Shown piece after piece: positions 26,751 through 36,513 of a stretch of DNA of 64,000 nt (positions are counted from its first letter, which is position 1; each line of letters starts with the position of its first letter). Source of the DNA: an uncultured Gammaproteobacteria bacterium (lineage in GTDB: Bacteria; Patescibacteriota; Patescibacteriia; VMEV01; CAYQCH01); NCBI GenBank assembly GCA_964352335.1, contig CAYGRO010000002.1, forward strand, positions 77,138 through 141,137. The letters run 5' to 3'. The position numbers were made by a program, and so were the translations under genes. The notes beneath the pieces were generated by a model that did not search any database, had not been told where the DNA came from, and saw only the letters and a list, made by a program, of their open reading frames with translations.

Positions 26751-28172
26751 TTATTTATGTCGTTTAAGTACTGCAATTGGCGTTTTCAGCAGAATAGCAA
26801 TATCTGCACGTAAACTCCAGTTTTCGATATAAAATACGTCTAAACGAGCTTCTTCATCATAATTAAGGTCTGATCTTCCAGAGATTTGAGCTAAACCAGT
26901 AATCCCTGGTTTGGCAACGAAAACTCGCTTGTGCTCGCGCTTATATCCTTCTACTTCTCGTGGTTGATGCGGACGCGGACCAACAAGGCTCATATCACCA
27001 CGTAATACATTGAAAAATTGTGGTAATTCATCTAGGCTCCATTTTTCTAAATAAGAACCAATTTTTGTATTTCGAGGGTCATTAAGTACTTTATAAATTG
27101 GCCCATCTCGCTCACTTTGTTTTTGAATAAGCTCTTTTTCATATGTTTCTGCATTTCCTTTTGTATCGTAACCAGGTCCGGTATTAAATTCAGATTTAAA
27201 TCGTCTAAATTTATAGAGCGAAAATTGATCACCTGATTTCCCTACTCGCAAATTTTTATAAAATACGGCTCCCCGACTTTCTATTTTGATGAGTATTGCG
27301 ATAACTAACATCACTGGTGAAGCTATGATTAATGAGAGCGACGCGACGATAATATCAAAAATACGTTTTACAATTCTTCCCCATCCATCAAGTGGTGTTT
27401 GTTTAATTTCAACAATCGGAATATCTCCAACAGCTGTGATCTCTGTATTTGAAACTTTGGTATTAAAAAGATCTGCAACATAAGCAAATTGAAGATGATG
27501 ATCTCTTGCAAAATCTAAAACAAGTTCTGTTGATTTTCGACTTGTATTTACAGAAGCAATTAAAATACTATCTGCATGAAGATTTGGAAGAGCAGCTGTT
27601 AATTGCTCTAAAGAATCTTTATTCACCAGATGAAGCCTCTTTACCACCATTAAACCATGGCGATAATTAGCCTTAATTGTTTTTAGCACACCTTGAGTAT
27701 GTTTATCGTCACCAACGAGAATAACACGTCTAACTCCAATTTTACGCTTATAAAATCGAAATTTAATTAATCGAACTATTGATCTAGCTGCAATTACATA
27801 AAATATCGCTAAAGCAGATCCTGCTAAAACAATAAAACGTGAATTAAATAATTCTCCGCGTAAAAAGATGAGAATAGTGATGGCAGCAAAACCAAGTAAG
27901 CTTGCTGCAATAATTTTTTTCCACTCTGTTAATATTTTTCTTGGATGCCCAATCGAATACAAGCCAGAAAGTGCAAATAAAAAAATCCACAAAAGAATAA
28001 GTGGAATCGCAATCTTAATATAACTAAGAAAATCAAATTCAAAAATAGCTGGACGATACTTAGTCACAACGCTCTCAAACCGCAATGAATAAGCAGTTAC
28101 AGTCGCAGCAAAAAGCATTAGAAAATCTAATGGTATTAAAAGAAATCCAACAATGAGCTCAAACTTTTTCAT
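26751..28172 (-). CDS. Polyprenyl-phosphate sugar phosphotransferase (WcaJ/WbaP family)
   Basis: KRIFDII, LYKFR, SLDELPQFFNVLRGDMSLVGPRP and KPGITGLAQISGR motifs. Confidence 0.92.
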   Translation of the reverse strand: MKKFELIVGFLLIPLDFLMLFAATVTAYSLRFESVVTKYRPAIFEFDFLSYIKIAIPLILLWIFLFALSGLYSIGHPRKILTEWKKIIAASLLGFAAITILIFLRGELFNSRFIVLAGSALAIFYVIAARSIVRLIKFRFYKRKIGVRRVILVGDDKHTQGVLKTIKANYRHGLMVVKRLHLVNKDSLEQLTAALPNLHADSILIASVNTSRKSTELVLDFARDHHLQFAYVADLFNTKVSNTEITAVGDIPIVEIKQTPLDGWGRIVKRIFDIIVASLSLIIASPVMLVIAILIKIESRGAVFYKNLRVGKSGDQFSLYKFRRFKSEFNTGPGYDTKGNAETYEKELIQKQSERDGPIYKVLNDPRNTKIGSYLEKWSLDELPQFFNVLRGDMSLVGPRPHQPREVEGYKREHKRVFVAKPGITGLAQISGRSDLNYDEEARLDVFYIENWSLRADIAILLKTPIAVLKRHK

Positions 28173-28303
28173 AAATCGTATTCACGAGAATAAATACAAG
28201 ACCAATGCAGGTTTCATTCAGACAAGTACAAACGAATTATACCATTGTCTGTCGTCGTCTGAAACTAATCTGTAATCGTCTGTATATGTCTCCGCCAAAG
28301 CGG

Positions 28304-28757
28304 CTCAGGTTGGCAATAAGCCGAATTTTGTCCCCATCTTCGCATGAAGCTTAGATGGGTGATGATTATCTATCTAGCCCTGCAATTGCTTGCAGGATCG
28401 AGCGCACTACCAAATTTGCACTTGCACCAGGTAGGGTTTACCACCAATACCGCTCACACGGCATGGACAGATGTAGCAGTCAACGCATTAGCTTTTAGGG
28501 CTAAAAAGATGTTAAAGACATCATCTGACTTTTCACGTTTCAATTTGCGCAGCAAATCAATCCCGAGCTTTGCCGAGGGATACCCTTCGACAAGCTCAGG
28601 GTAGCTTTGCTACGCAAACCTAGTATAGTCTCTGTGGCACTGGCCCTAGGTTACCCTTGGTTCCATTTCGGAACTACCTTTTTTATGGTGTTCGGACTTT
28701 CCTCCTGTTTTGAGCTAAAAATAGCAAAAAAACAGGCAATCATCTAGCTAACCTGAG
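28304..28757 (-). ncRNA. rnpB: RNase P RNA
   Basis: On minus: GAGGAAAGTCCG, AGTGCCACAGA, GGTAAACCC and ACAAAATTCGGCTTAT; P1 helix CTCAGGTT../..AACCTGAG. Confidence 0.93.
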
Positions 28758-28809
28758 AGCAGAAATATAACATATTTTAAGGTATTCGTCAAACACCCTT
28801 TTTTCTTCT

Positions 28810-31800
28810 TTATTTGTCGTCAAATGCCTTCAAAATAGCAGAAATTTGCTCTATATGACTCAATGTATCATTTACTGGGTAAATGACCTTATTATCCCCC
28901 ACAATCTTAAAATCAGGGATATAGGGAATCAGTAAATCTACATATTGTGGTCTCAATTTTGTAAATGTTAATTCAATTTGTTTTTTCACCATTCCATCTG
29001 GAAGCAAGACCTGTTGATAGTCTACCCCAATAATTGGTGTAGAACGTGCAAGGAATTTTAATCCCAAAAGCGATTTTAAATTATTTAATTGCTCACGATC
29101 CTCAATTGGTAGTTGATCGATTTGATCTTGATATTCATCTAAACTTTCGTCGAGATCAGTTACCGATATGGCTTGAGATAAAAGTCGATACAATTTCAAT
29201 CTTTCTGAAGGCTCTGAAATTAAGGCATTAGGTAAACCATAATTAATCGGTAAATTGATATTTACAGGAGTATCTTGTTTTTGTATCTCCCCTGTTTCTA
29301 ATTCTTCAACGGCTTGTCGTAGTAATTTTCCATAGAGAGATAATCCAACTTTTTGAATTTGACCATGCTGTTGCTTACCAAGCATTTGTCCCATACCACG
29401 CATTTCTAAATCACGCATTGCCAGTTGAAAACCAGAACCGAGTTCTTTTGCTTCTTCTAAAATTTGTAATCTAGTTGCAGCAACCCCACTAATCCCCGCT
29501 TCTGGATACAGGAATAAAGCATGCGCCTTTACTGTTCCTCGACCAATACGACCACGAATTTGGTATAACTGACCAATTCCATATCTCGTTGCATTATGCA
29601 CAATAAGCGTATTTACATTTGGTAAATCAAGACCATTTTCTACAATGGTGGTACAGACAAGAACATCAATTTTACCAGCTCCAAACTCAGAAGCAACACG
29701 TGCCATTTCTGAGGGAGGCATTTGACCATGTACAATATCAATTTTCACTTTAGCCCCCAATAATTCCTGCAGTTTTCTCTTCATGGTTGTAATTGTTTGT
29801 ACACGATTATACAAATAAAATGCTTGTCCACCTCGTTTAAGTTCATCAGAAATAGACTTCTTAACAATGTCTTGATCATATTCATGAATCTTCGTGATAA
29901 TTGGCTGTCTCCCTTTTGGTGGAGTTTGAATTGTAGAAATATCGCGTAACCCTGAAATAGAAAAATACAATGTCCGAGGAATTGGTGTAGCACTTAACGT
30001 GAGAATATGCGCATGAGACCTTAATGATTTTAATTTTTCCTTATGGCGAACTCCAAATCGTTGTTCTTCATCTACAATTACAAGCCCCATATTATCAAAA
30101 TTGACATCTTTAGATAATAATCGATGTGTGCCAATCACAATATCAATAGATCCATTTTTCACACCTTCGACCACTTTTGTAATAGATGTATTCTCGCTAT
30201 CTTTGCCTACTTTTCCTGTAAAGCGTGAAAGCATTTCAATATTGACCCCCAAGCCTTTTAATCTTTTTGAAAATGTATCGTAATGTTGTTGAGCAAGTAA
30301 TGTAGTTGGACAAAGGACTGCAACTTGTTTGTGATTGAGCACGGCTTGATAGGTAGCACGTATTGCTACTTCGGTTTTCCCAAAACCAACATCTCCAACA
30401 ACAAGCCGGTCCATTGGTGTCGGTTTTTGCAAATCTGTATAGACATCATTAATGGCCTGTTCTTGATCTGGAGTTTCTTGATAAGGAAAGGATTCATGAA
30501 GTTGTTTATCTGCATCTAAATAGACTTGCCATGAAGGAACAGAAATAAGTGAACGCTGTGCATAGAGTTTTAACAAATCTCGTGCAAATTCTTGCGATTC
30601 CTGACTTGCTTTTCTCGATAAACGAATCCAACTAGTACCAGAAAGTCTTTGTAACTTAGGTTTCGCTTCCCCAATATATTTATCAACTTTATAGGCGAGT
30701 TCTACAGGAACATAGAGTTTATCTCCGTTTGCATATTCTAAAATCAAATTTTCACGTTTATAGCCTTCGATTTCTGTTTCAGTCAAACCTAAATAACGAC
30801 CAATCCCATGATCTTCATGCACGATATAATCATTGATTTGTAATTTTGTAACAAAGGCGGCATTATCTCTTCTTTTTTGTTTCTTTACTTCTTTGCGACC
30901 AAATATTTCTGAATGAGTAAGCAAAACATATTTTTCTTTTCGGTCAATAAAACCTTCTAATGGAATAAATTGCTCGATGAATGTAATATCATCAAACTCG
31001 ACTTCTGCTTCATGTAAAGCTGTTTTAATGACTTGTTCATCAATAGTTGCAATAACAATTGCATATCCATGATCCATAAACTGATTGAGATCCATCGCTA
31101 ATTTCCCAAAATCTCTTTTATACTTTGCAACATGATGTAAATCAAACTTCTCTAATTCTTCATCTGTTGTATTTTCAAATGTTTGAAAAATGAAATTCTT
31201 TTCCTTTTGGTCCGATTTATAACCTAATTGATCTGAATAAACCTCACTGCCTGGATATTTTTTGATATCTAAAGCAGATAATTCTTCTAAGTTAATTTCT
31301 GCTGGTAAAATTTCTAATGCTGACTGAGCACTTTTTGAAGAAAGCGAGACAATAGACTCAATTTTATCAATAGCAAATACAATTCGAGTTTCATCATCTT
31401 TTTCTCTAAGAATGAGTGATTCTCCTTTTACAGAAAATGAAAAAGAATCTTCTTCATGATTTGTATATCCTAATGCTAGTAATCTCTTTTTAAAATTTTG
31501 TGGAGTCATCGATTGACCAACTGAAACGGAAATACTTTTTTCAGAAATAAGTGATAAAGCACGATTTAAAACAGCGTAGGTTTCAACCGTCATGACATAA
31601 ACACCAGAAGTTTTGTCTAAAAGAGCTTTTAAAGATGCCCCAAAATGAGCATGCGTAGGATCTAAATAAAACGCACCAATTTTATGATTTAAATGTTTTG
31701 CTAGTACTAATACCGTTTCAGTTGCCACTTGAGCCAAATGATCCGACTCAACCAACCAATAATAAATTTCACCCTCTTTATGGGAGGATGTTATGGTTTT

Positions 31801-31851
31801 CAGCAAAGCATAGGCTTGCTGTGAAAGAGATTTAGCTCCGTAAATTTGCAT
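28810..31851 (-). CDS. mfd: Transcription-repair coupling factor Mfd
   Basis: CarD/RID (VHEDHGIGRY), GDVGFGKTEVA, VDEEQRFGV, SATPIPRT, QIRGRIGR and TRG motif. Confidence 0.92.
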   Translation of the reverse strand: MQIYGAKSLSQQAYALLKTITSSHKEGEIYYWLVESDHLAQVATETVLVLAKHLNHKIGAFYLDPTHAHFGASLKALLDKTSGVYVMTVETYAVLNRALSLISEKSISVSVGQSMTPQNFKKRLLALGYTNHEEDSFSFSVKGESLILREKDDETRIVFAIDKIESIVSLSSKSAQSALEILPAEINLEELSALDIKKYPGSEVYSDQLGYKSDQKEKNFIFQTFENTTDEELEKFDLHHVAKYKRDFGKLAMDLNQFMDHGYAIVIATIDEQVIKTALHEAEVEFDDITFIEQFIPLEGFIDRKEKYVLLTHSEIFGRKEVKKQKRRDNAAFVTKLQINDYIVHEDHGIGRYLGLTETEIEGYKRENLILEYANGDKLYVPVELAYKVDKYIGEAKPKLQRLSGTSWIRLSRKASQESQEFARDLLKLYAQRSLISVPSWQVYLDADKQLHESFPYQETPDQEQAINDVYTDLQKPTPMDRLVVGDVGFGKTEVAIRATYQAVLNHKQVAVLCPTTLLAQQHYDTFSKRLKGLGVNIEMLSRFTGKVGKDSENTSITKVVEGVKNGSIDIVIGTHRLLSKDVNFDNMGLVIVDEEQRFGVRHKEKLKSLRSHAHILTLSATPIPRTLYFSISGLRDISTIQTPPKGRQPIITKIHEYDQDIVKKSISDELKRGGQAFYLYNRVQTITTMKRKLQELLGAKVKIDIVHGQMPPSEMARVASEFGAGKIDVLVCTTIVENGLDLPNVNTLIVHNATRYGIGQLYQIRGRIGRGTVKAHALFLYPEAGISGVAATRLQILEEAKELGSGFQLAMRDLEMRGMGQMLGKQQHGQIQKVGLSLYGKLLRQAVEELETGEIQKQDTPVNINLPINYGLPNALISEPSERLKLYRLLSQAISVTDLDESLDEYQDQIDQLPIEDREQLNNLKSLLGLKFLARSTPIIGVDYQQVLLPDGMVKKQIELTFTKLRPQYVDLLIPYIPDFKIVGDNKVIYPVNDTLSHIEQISAILKAFDDK

Positions 31852-31858
31852 AAACTAC

Positions 31859-32269
31859 CTATTGTTTATTTCTATCCATTGCATCATTTGCTAATTGGTC
31901 AGCTACTTTATTTTTTTCCCTCCGAACATGCTCAAAAGTAACATCAACAAATTGTTGTCTCAAATTCCAAATCTGTACAAATAACTTTGCAAGATGCTCG
32001 TTTTTTACTCTATATTCACCCGACATTTGCTTAACAATCAACTCTGAATCTAAACGACAATGAACACGCTCAGCTTCTAATTCCTTAGCTTTTTGCAATG
32101 CCAAAAGCAAGGCAGTGTATTCTGCCACATTATTAGTTTGTTTGCCAAGATACTCAGAAATTTCAGCAAGAACCTCATTTGTTTCCTTATCATATAAAAC
32201 AGCACCAGCGCCCGATGGACCTGGATTACCGCGTGAACCTCCGTCTGTGTAGATGAGAATATTTAACAT
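31859..32269 (-). CDS. rnhA: Ribonuclease HI (archaeal/Gram-positive-like)
   Basis: YTDGGSRGNPG, TNNVAEY, DSELIVKQM and N..ADQLAN motifs; start corrected to MLNILIY. Confidence 0.88.
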   Translation of the reverse strand: MLNILIYTDGGSRGNPGPSGAGAVLYDKETNEVLAEISEYLGKQTNNVAEYTALLLALQKAKELEAERVHCRLDSELIVKQMSGEYRVKNEHLAKLFVQIWNLRQQFVDVTFEHVRREKNKVADQLANDAMDRNKQ

Positions 32270-32304
32270 GTGACTTGTCACAATTGACTTGAAAGTCAGT
32301 TGCC

Positions 32305-32334
32305 TCAGCCAAAGGCTGATCCGCCTTTGGCGGA
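32305..32334. repeat. Double-hairpin intergenic element TCAGCC-AAA-GGCTGA-TCCGCC-TTT-GGCGGA
   Basis: Two abutting perfect 6-bp hairpins between recJ and rnhA; partial copy TCCGCCAAAG at 28291. Confidence 0.6.
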
Positions 32335-32339
32335 AATGG

Positions 32340-34088
32340 TTAATTGTCAATTGTAGATGTGTCTCTTAATTCTTTTATCATTAATTGAATTTCACGATTT
32401 CCGTTCCATTCGTTTATCTCTAAAGAATAAACTAAATCAATCTTATCGCCAACTTGTAATTTTTCAACCCATTCCTTTTTACTAAAAGCAATCCCTTTTC
32501 GTAAGATTTTTCCATCATGTGTCACGACAAGACTTAAATGTTTGCCTTCTTGCCCAACGCCTCTACATTCAACGACCTCAACATTTTTAGAAACAAATAG
32601 TGGTTCTGGATTTCCTTGCCCAAATGGCTTTAATTCATCTAAGGCATCTGAAAAATCCCAGTCAAGATCTGAAATAGATAATTCCGCATCAATTTCTAAT
32701 TTTGGGACAAGATCTTCTGTCTTTAAACACTCCCTTGCATATTCATTAAATTGTGAAATCAACTGATCGAAATTATTATTATCTGCAATGGTAAATCCAC
32801 ATGCACGAGGATGCCCTCCAAATTTCAATAATAAATCTTTCGATCTGGCTAATGCTTCTGTACAATCAAAACCTTCGATACTTCTTCCAGATCCAGCAAT
32901 TTTCCCATCGAATTCACCAAGAATAAAAACAGGGCGGTGATATTTTTCCATGACTCTCCCAGCAATAAGCCCAACCACACCCATTGGCCATTCACGATTA
33001 TGAGCAACAAGCACAGAAGGCTCTTCTGGAATTTCGCCAATTTGTTCAAGCACTTCTTCAAAGATAGCGGTCGTTAATGTTCTCCTTTCGCGATTTGTTA
33101 TTTCTAATTCTTCTGCAAGGCGTATTGCATCAATTTCATTATCTGCCATTAATGTTGCATAGGCGGCATTTGCATGAGCCATGCGACCAGCCGCATTCAT
33201 GCGAGGGCCAATCACAAAACCTATTTGATAAGTCGACATTGGTGGGATCACACCATTTTTAATGACTCCGGCTTGTTGTAAGATCGCTTTCATTCCTATT
33301 CGATTCACTTTTTCGAGCACGAGAAGGCCATACTTAACTAAGGTTCGGTTTTCCCCAATCAATGGCACCATATCAGCCACTGAAGCAATTGCTACCATGT
33401 CTAATAACCATTTTTCAAAAGCTTCGTATTCTTTTGCCTTTGTTGGATCTTCTTTTAGCTTGGTTCGCAATAAGCCTTGTGCCAGTTTAAAAGCCACACC
33501 ACCACCAGCTAAATGCTTAAAAGGATAGGTTTCTCCCGGTACTTTTGGATGCAAAATAATACATGGAGGTAATTCTGGCTTAGATTCATGATGATCGGTC
33601 ACAATAACATCTATCCCTAATGCTTTGGCTTCTTTGATTTCTTCGACATTACTAATTCCGCAGTCACAGGTGATAATCAATTTTGTTTCTTGTTCATGAA
33701 GCAAATTTATTGTATTTGTATTAATTCCATATCCATCTTTTTCTCGATGAGGTAAAAAAACATCAATATCTTCTGCTCCGAGTTTTTTTAATGTTGTTGA
33801 GAGAATAACAGCCCCCGATAAACCATCCGCATCATAATCACCGTGGATAACGATTCGTTCCTTGGCTGCGATGGCATCAAAAACGCGTTTCACAGCTATT
33901 TCCATTTGATCAAAAAGAAATGGATCTAAAACATCATCTTCATAACGAGGATGTAGAAACTGTTCCATTTCTTCCTCGGTACGAATTTCGCGATCATAAA
34001 GTAAATCTGCAATAACCGGGTGCAACTCTGGGAATTCTTTTTTAAATTCAGCAGGAGCAGATTCGTTTATAATCCATTGTTTTTGCAT
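32340..34088 (-). CDS. recJ: ssDNA exonuclease RecJ
   Basis: HGDYDADG, TCDCG, TDHH, PRMNAAGR, GSGRS and FGGH motifs. Confidence 0.95.
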   Translation of the reverse strand: MQKQWIINESAPAEFKKEFPELHPVIADLLYDREIRTEEEMEQFLHPRYEDDVLDPFLFDQMEIAVKRVFDAIAAKERIVIHGDYDADGLSGAVILSTTLKKLGAEDIDVFLPHREKDGYGINTNTINLLHEQETKLIITCDCGISNVEEIKEAKALGIDVIVTDHHESKPELPPCIILHPKVPGETYPFKHLAGGGVAFKLAQGLLRTKLKEDPTKAKEYEAFEKWLLDMVAIASVADMVPLIGENRTLVKYGLLVLEKVNRIGMKAILQQAGVIKNGVIPPMSTYQIGFVIGPRMNAAGRMAHANAAYATLMADNEIDAIRLAEELEITNRERRTLTTAIFEEVLEQIGEIPEEPSVLVAHNREWPMGVVGLIAGRVMEKYHRPVFILGEFDGKIAGSGRSIEGFDCTEALARSKDLLLKFGGHPRACGFTIADNNNFDQLISQFNEYARECLKTEDLVPKLEIDAELSISDLDWDFSDALDELKPFGQGNPEPLFVSKNVEVVECRGVGQEGKHLSLVVTHDGKILRKGIAFSKKEWVEKLQVGDKIDLVYSLEINEWNGNREIQLMIKELRDTSTIDN

Positions 34089-34186
34089 AAATCTGAATGA
34101 AATTTAATGAGGATCTATTATAGCACACCAAACAAAAAGGCTTATAGATACTATTATCTACAAGCCCTTTCGCACTTCCTTTTGAT

Positions 34187-34291
34187 TTAAAATATTCCTA
34201 CAGCAGGTGCAATAAGAATAAAGATCATAGAAAAGATGACCATGATACTTACAACCAGCCAAAAGGCTTTAAAAACGGTTTTTTTCTTCAT
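34187..34291 (-). CDS. 34-aa single-TM microprotein MKKKTVFKAFWLVVSIMVIFSMIFILIAPAVGIF
   Basis: Manual translation; starts 20 nt after the lepA stop and is followed by a terminator-like hairpin at ~34135-34170. Confidence 0.55.
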   Translation of the reverse strand: MKKKTVFKAFWLVVSIMVIFSMIFILIAPAVGIF

Positions 34292-34310
34292 AGAGTAAAT
34301 CAATAAGCAA

Positions 34311-36098
34311 TTATCGTTTTAAAACGGCTAAATAGGCTTCTGAACTAATATCAACTTTTCCATGCCCCATAGCTTCCATTTTCTTCTTTCCTTTCTTTTG
34401 TTTTTCAAGCACTTTACGTTTTCGAGTAACATCTCCACCATATAATCCAGCAGTAACATCTTTTCTAAATGCAGTTATTTGTTCACCCGCAACGACTTTC
34501 CCCCCAATAGCAGCCTGAATTTTAATCTTGAACATTTGTCTTGGTAAAACATCCTTTAATGTTCGTACAATTTTCTTACCAACTTCATGTGCATCATCTC
34601 GATAAACAATTGATGACAAAGCTTCTACTTTTTCTTCAGCAACCAAAATATCCATTTTCACTACATCTGCTTTTTGAAAACCATCAAATTCGTAGTTAAG
34701 TGAAGCATAACCAGAAGTTATTGACTTTAGTTTATCATAAAAATCGACAAGCATTACAGAGAGTGGTAAACGATAATGCAAAATAGCTCGAGTTTCATCA
34801 ATATATTCTGTATTGTCATAATCTCCTCTTCTCTCTTGAATCAATTGCATTAGAGCCCCCACATATTCAACAGGAGTAACAACATCTACTTTCATCATTG
34901 GTTCAAACAATTCAGCGATTTTTGTTGGATCTGGTAATTCTTCTGGACTTTTAATCACTCGTTTTTCGTCAGAATCTGTAGTCACAAGTTCATAAGCCAC
35001 ACTTGGTACGGTTACGATGATGTCCAAATCAAATTCTCGCTTGATCCGTTCTTGAATAATTTCTAAATGAAGCATTCCTAAAAACCCGCAACGGAAACCA
35101 AATCCTAAGGCTGGTGAATTCTCTTTTTCAAAAGAAAGCGATGCATCAGAAAGCTTTAAACGCTCCATAGCATCTGCAAGTGTAGGATAATCATCACCAG
35201 ATTTACAAAAAATCCCAGCAAAAACCATTGGTTTCATTTCTTTATACCCTGGCAATGCCTTTGTCACCTCTAAATCAGCTATTGTATCCCCTACGCGAAC
35301 ATCAGAAACATCTTTTAAACCTGTTACAATATAACCAATTTCCCCAGCTTCTAGCTTATCTGCTTTTACAAGATTTGGTTTGAAATACCCAACTTCAGAA
35401 ATAAGTAATTCTCGCCCAGAAGCCATGAATCGTATTTTTTGACCAGCTTTGACCTGACCATCAACAACACGGACATAAGCGATAGCTCCTCGATAATCAT
35501 CAAAAACTGAATCAAAAATCAATGCGCGCAAATTTTCATTTGCTTGTTTTAGCTTGGGTTCAGGAACAAGTCTTACTACTTCCTCAAGAATTTCTGAAAC
35601 ACCTAAGCCAGTTTTTCCAGAAGCTGGCATTACTTTTACATCTTTCCCTAATAATTGATGAATAGCTCTTTCTGTTGCTGGTAAATCAGCACTTGGTAAA
35701 TCAGCTTTATTGGCAACTGGAATAATCACAAGTTCTTGGTCAAATGCTAAATAGAGATTAGCCAATGTTTGTGCTTGAATCCCTTGTGAAGCATCTACGA
35801 GCAATACAGCACCTTCAACCGCTTGTAATGACCGAGACACTTCATAACTAAAATCTACATGCCCTGGTGTATCGATTAAATTCAAAATATATTCTTGACC
35901 ATCCAAAGCAGTATAGTTCATTCTTACTGGTTGTAATTTGATTGTGATACCACGTTCGCGTTCTAAATCCATTTGATCTAGTAATTGAGCTTTCATATCT
36001 CGCTTATCAATGGTCCCAGTCACCTCTAAAAAACGGTCAGCCAAAGTGGACTTCCCGTGATCAATATGTGCAATGATACAAAAATTTCTTATCTTCAT
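34311..36098 (-). CDS. lepA: Elongation factor 4 LepA
   Basis: IRNFCIIAHIDHGKSTLADR, DTPGHVDF, GFRCGFLGMLH and YGGDVTRK motifs. Confidence 0.97.
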   Translation of the reverse strand: MKIRNFCIIAHIDHGKSTLADRFLEVTGTIDKRDMKAQLLDQMDLERERGITIKLQPVRMNYTALDGQEYILNLIDTPGHVDFSYEVSRSLQAVEGAVLLVDASQGIQAQTLANLYLAFDQELVIIPVANKADLPSADLPATERAIHQLLGKDVKVMPASGKTGLGVSEILEEVVRLVPEPKLKQANENLRALIFDSVFDDYRGAIAYVRVVDGQVKAGQKIRFMASGRELLISEVGYFKPNLVKADKLEAGEIGYIVTGLKDVSDVRVGDTIADLEVTKALPGYKEMKPMVFAGIFCKSGDDYPTLADAMERLKLSDASLSFEKENSPALGFGFRCGFLGMLHLEIIQERIKREFDLDIIVTVPSVAYELVTTDSDEKRVIKSPEELPDPTKIAELFEPMMKVDVVTPVEYVGALMQLIQERRGDYDNTEYIDETRAILHYRLPLSVMLVDFYDKLKSITSGYASLNYEFDGFQKADVVKMDILVAEEKVEALSSIVYRDDAHEVGKKIVRTLKDVLPRQMFKIKIQAAIGGKVVAGEQITAFRKDVTAGLYGGDVTRKRKVLEKQKKGKKKMEAMGHGKVDISSEAYLAVLKR

Positions 36099-36110
36099 AG
36101 TTGTGATACT

Positions 36111-36150
36111 AATCTACTAATTCATTCGAATCTACAAATAATTTACAAAT
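36111..36150. repeat. AATCTAC(A/T)AAT 11-mer cluster
   Basis: Copies at 36111, 36129 (18-bp period) and 36140. Confidence 0.6.
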
Positions 36151-36208
36151 AGACTTGTTATTTAAAAAGGACGACGATTTTTGCGCCGTCCTTTTCCCTT
36201 GTTCTTTT

Positions 36209-36481
36209 TTATTCAGAATCTGTAGCATCCGCTAATGACTCATCAATTGCTTTATCTATATGATCAACAATTTCATCATCCTGCATTTCTTCGTCGTCCC
36301 AATCCTCGTCTGAGAGTGCTGTACCATCTTCTTGTAATTCTTTAAGCCGTTTCCCTGCAATAGCGGCAGCATCATCGCTAGAATCATCCCAGTGTTTTTC
36401 TGTGGCCAATTGCTCACCACGTTCATCATGATCACTTAGGTCAGAAGGAACTGCTTTATTTGTTGTTTTGTCATCATTCAT
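36209..36481 (-). CDS. Small acidic hypothetical protein
   Basis: D/E-rich ORF; terminator-like hairpin at ~36165-36195. Confidence 0.55.
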   Translation of the reverse strand: MNDDKTTNKAVPSDLSDHDERGEQLATEKHWDDSSDDAAAIAGKRLKELQEDGTALSDEDWDDEEMQDDEIVDHIDKAIDESLADATDSE

Positions 36482-36513
36482 ATGTGGATATATTAGCATT
36501 ATTGAGCTAATTG

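Noticed and set aside
28344-28604. 86-aa + strand ORF
   Set aside because: It is antisense to RNase P RNA.
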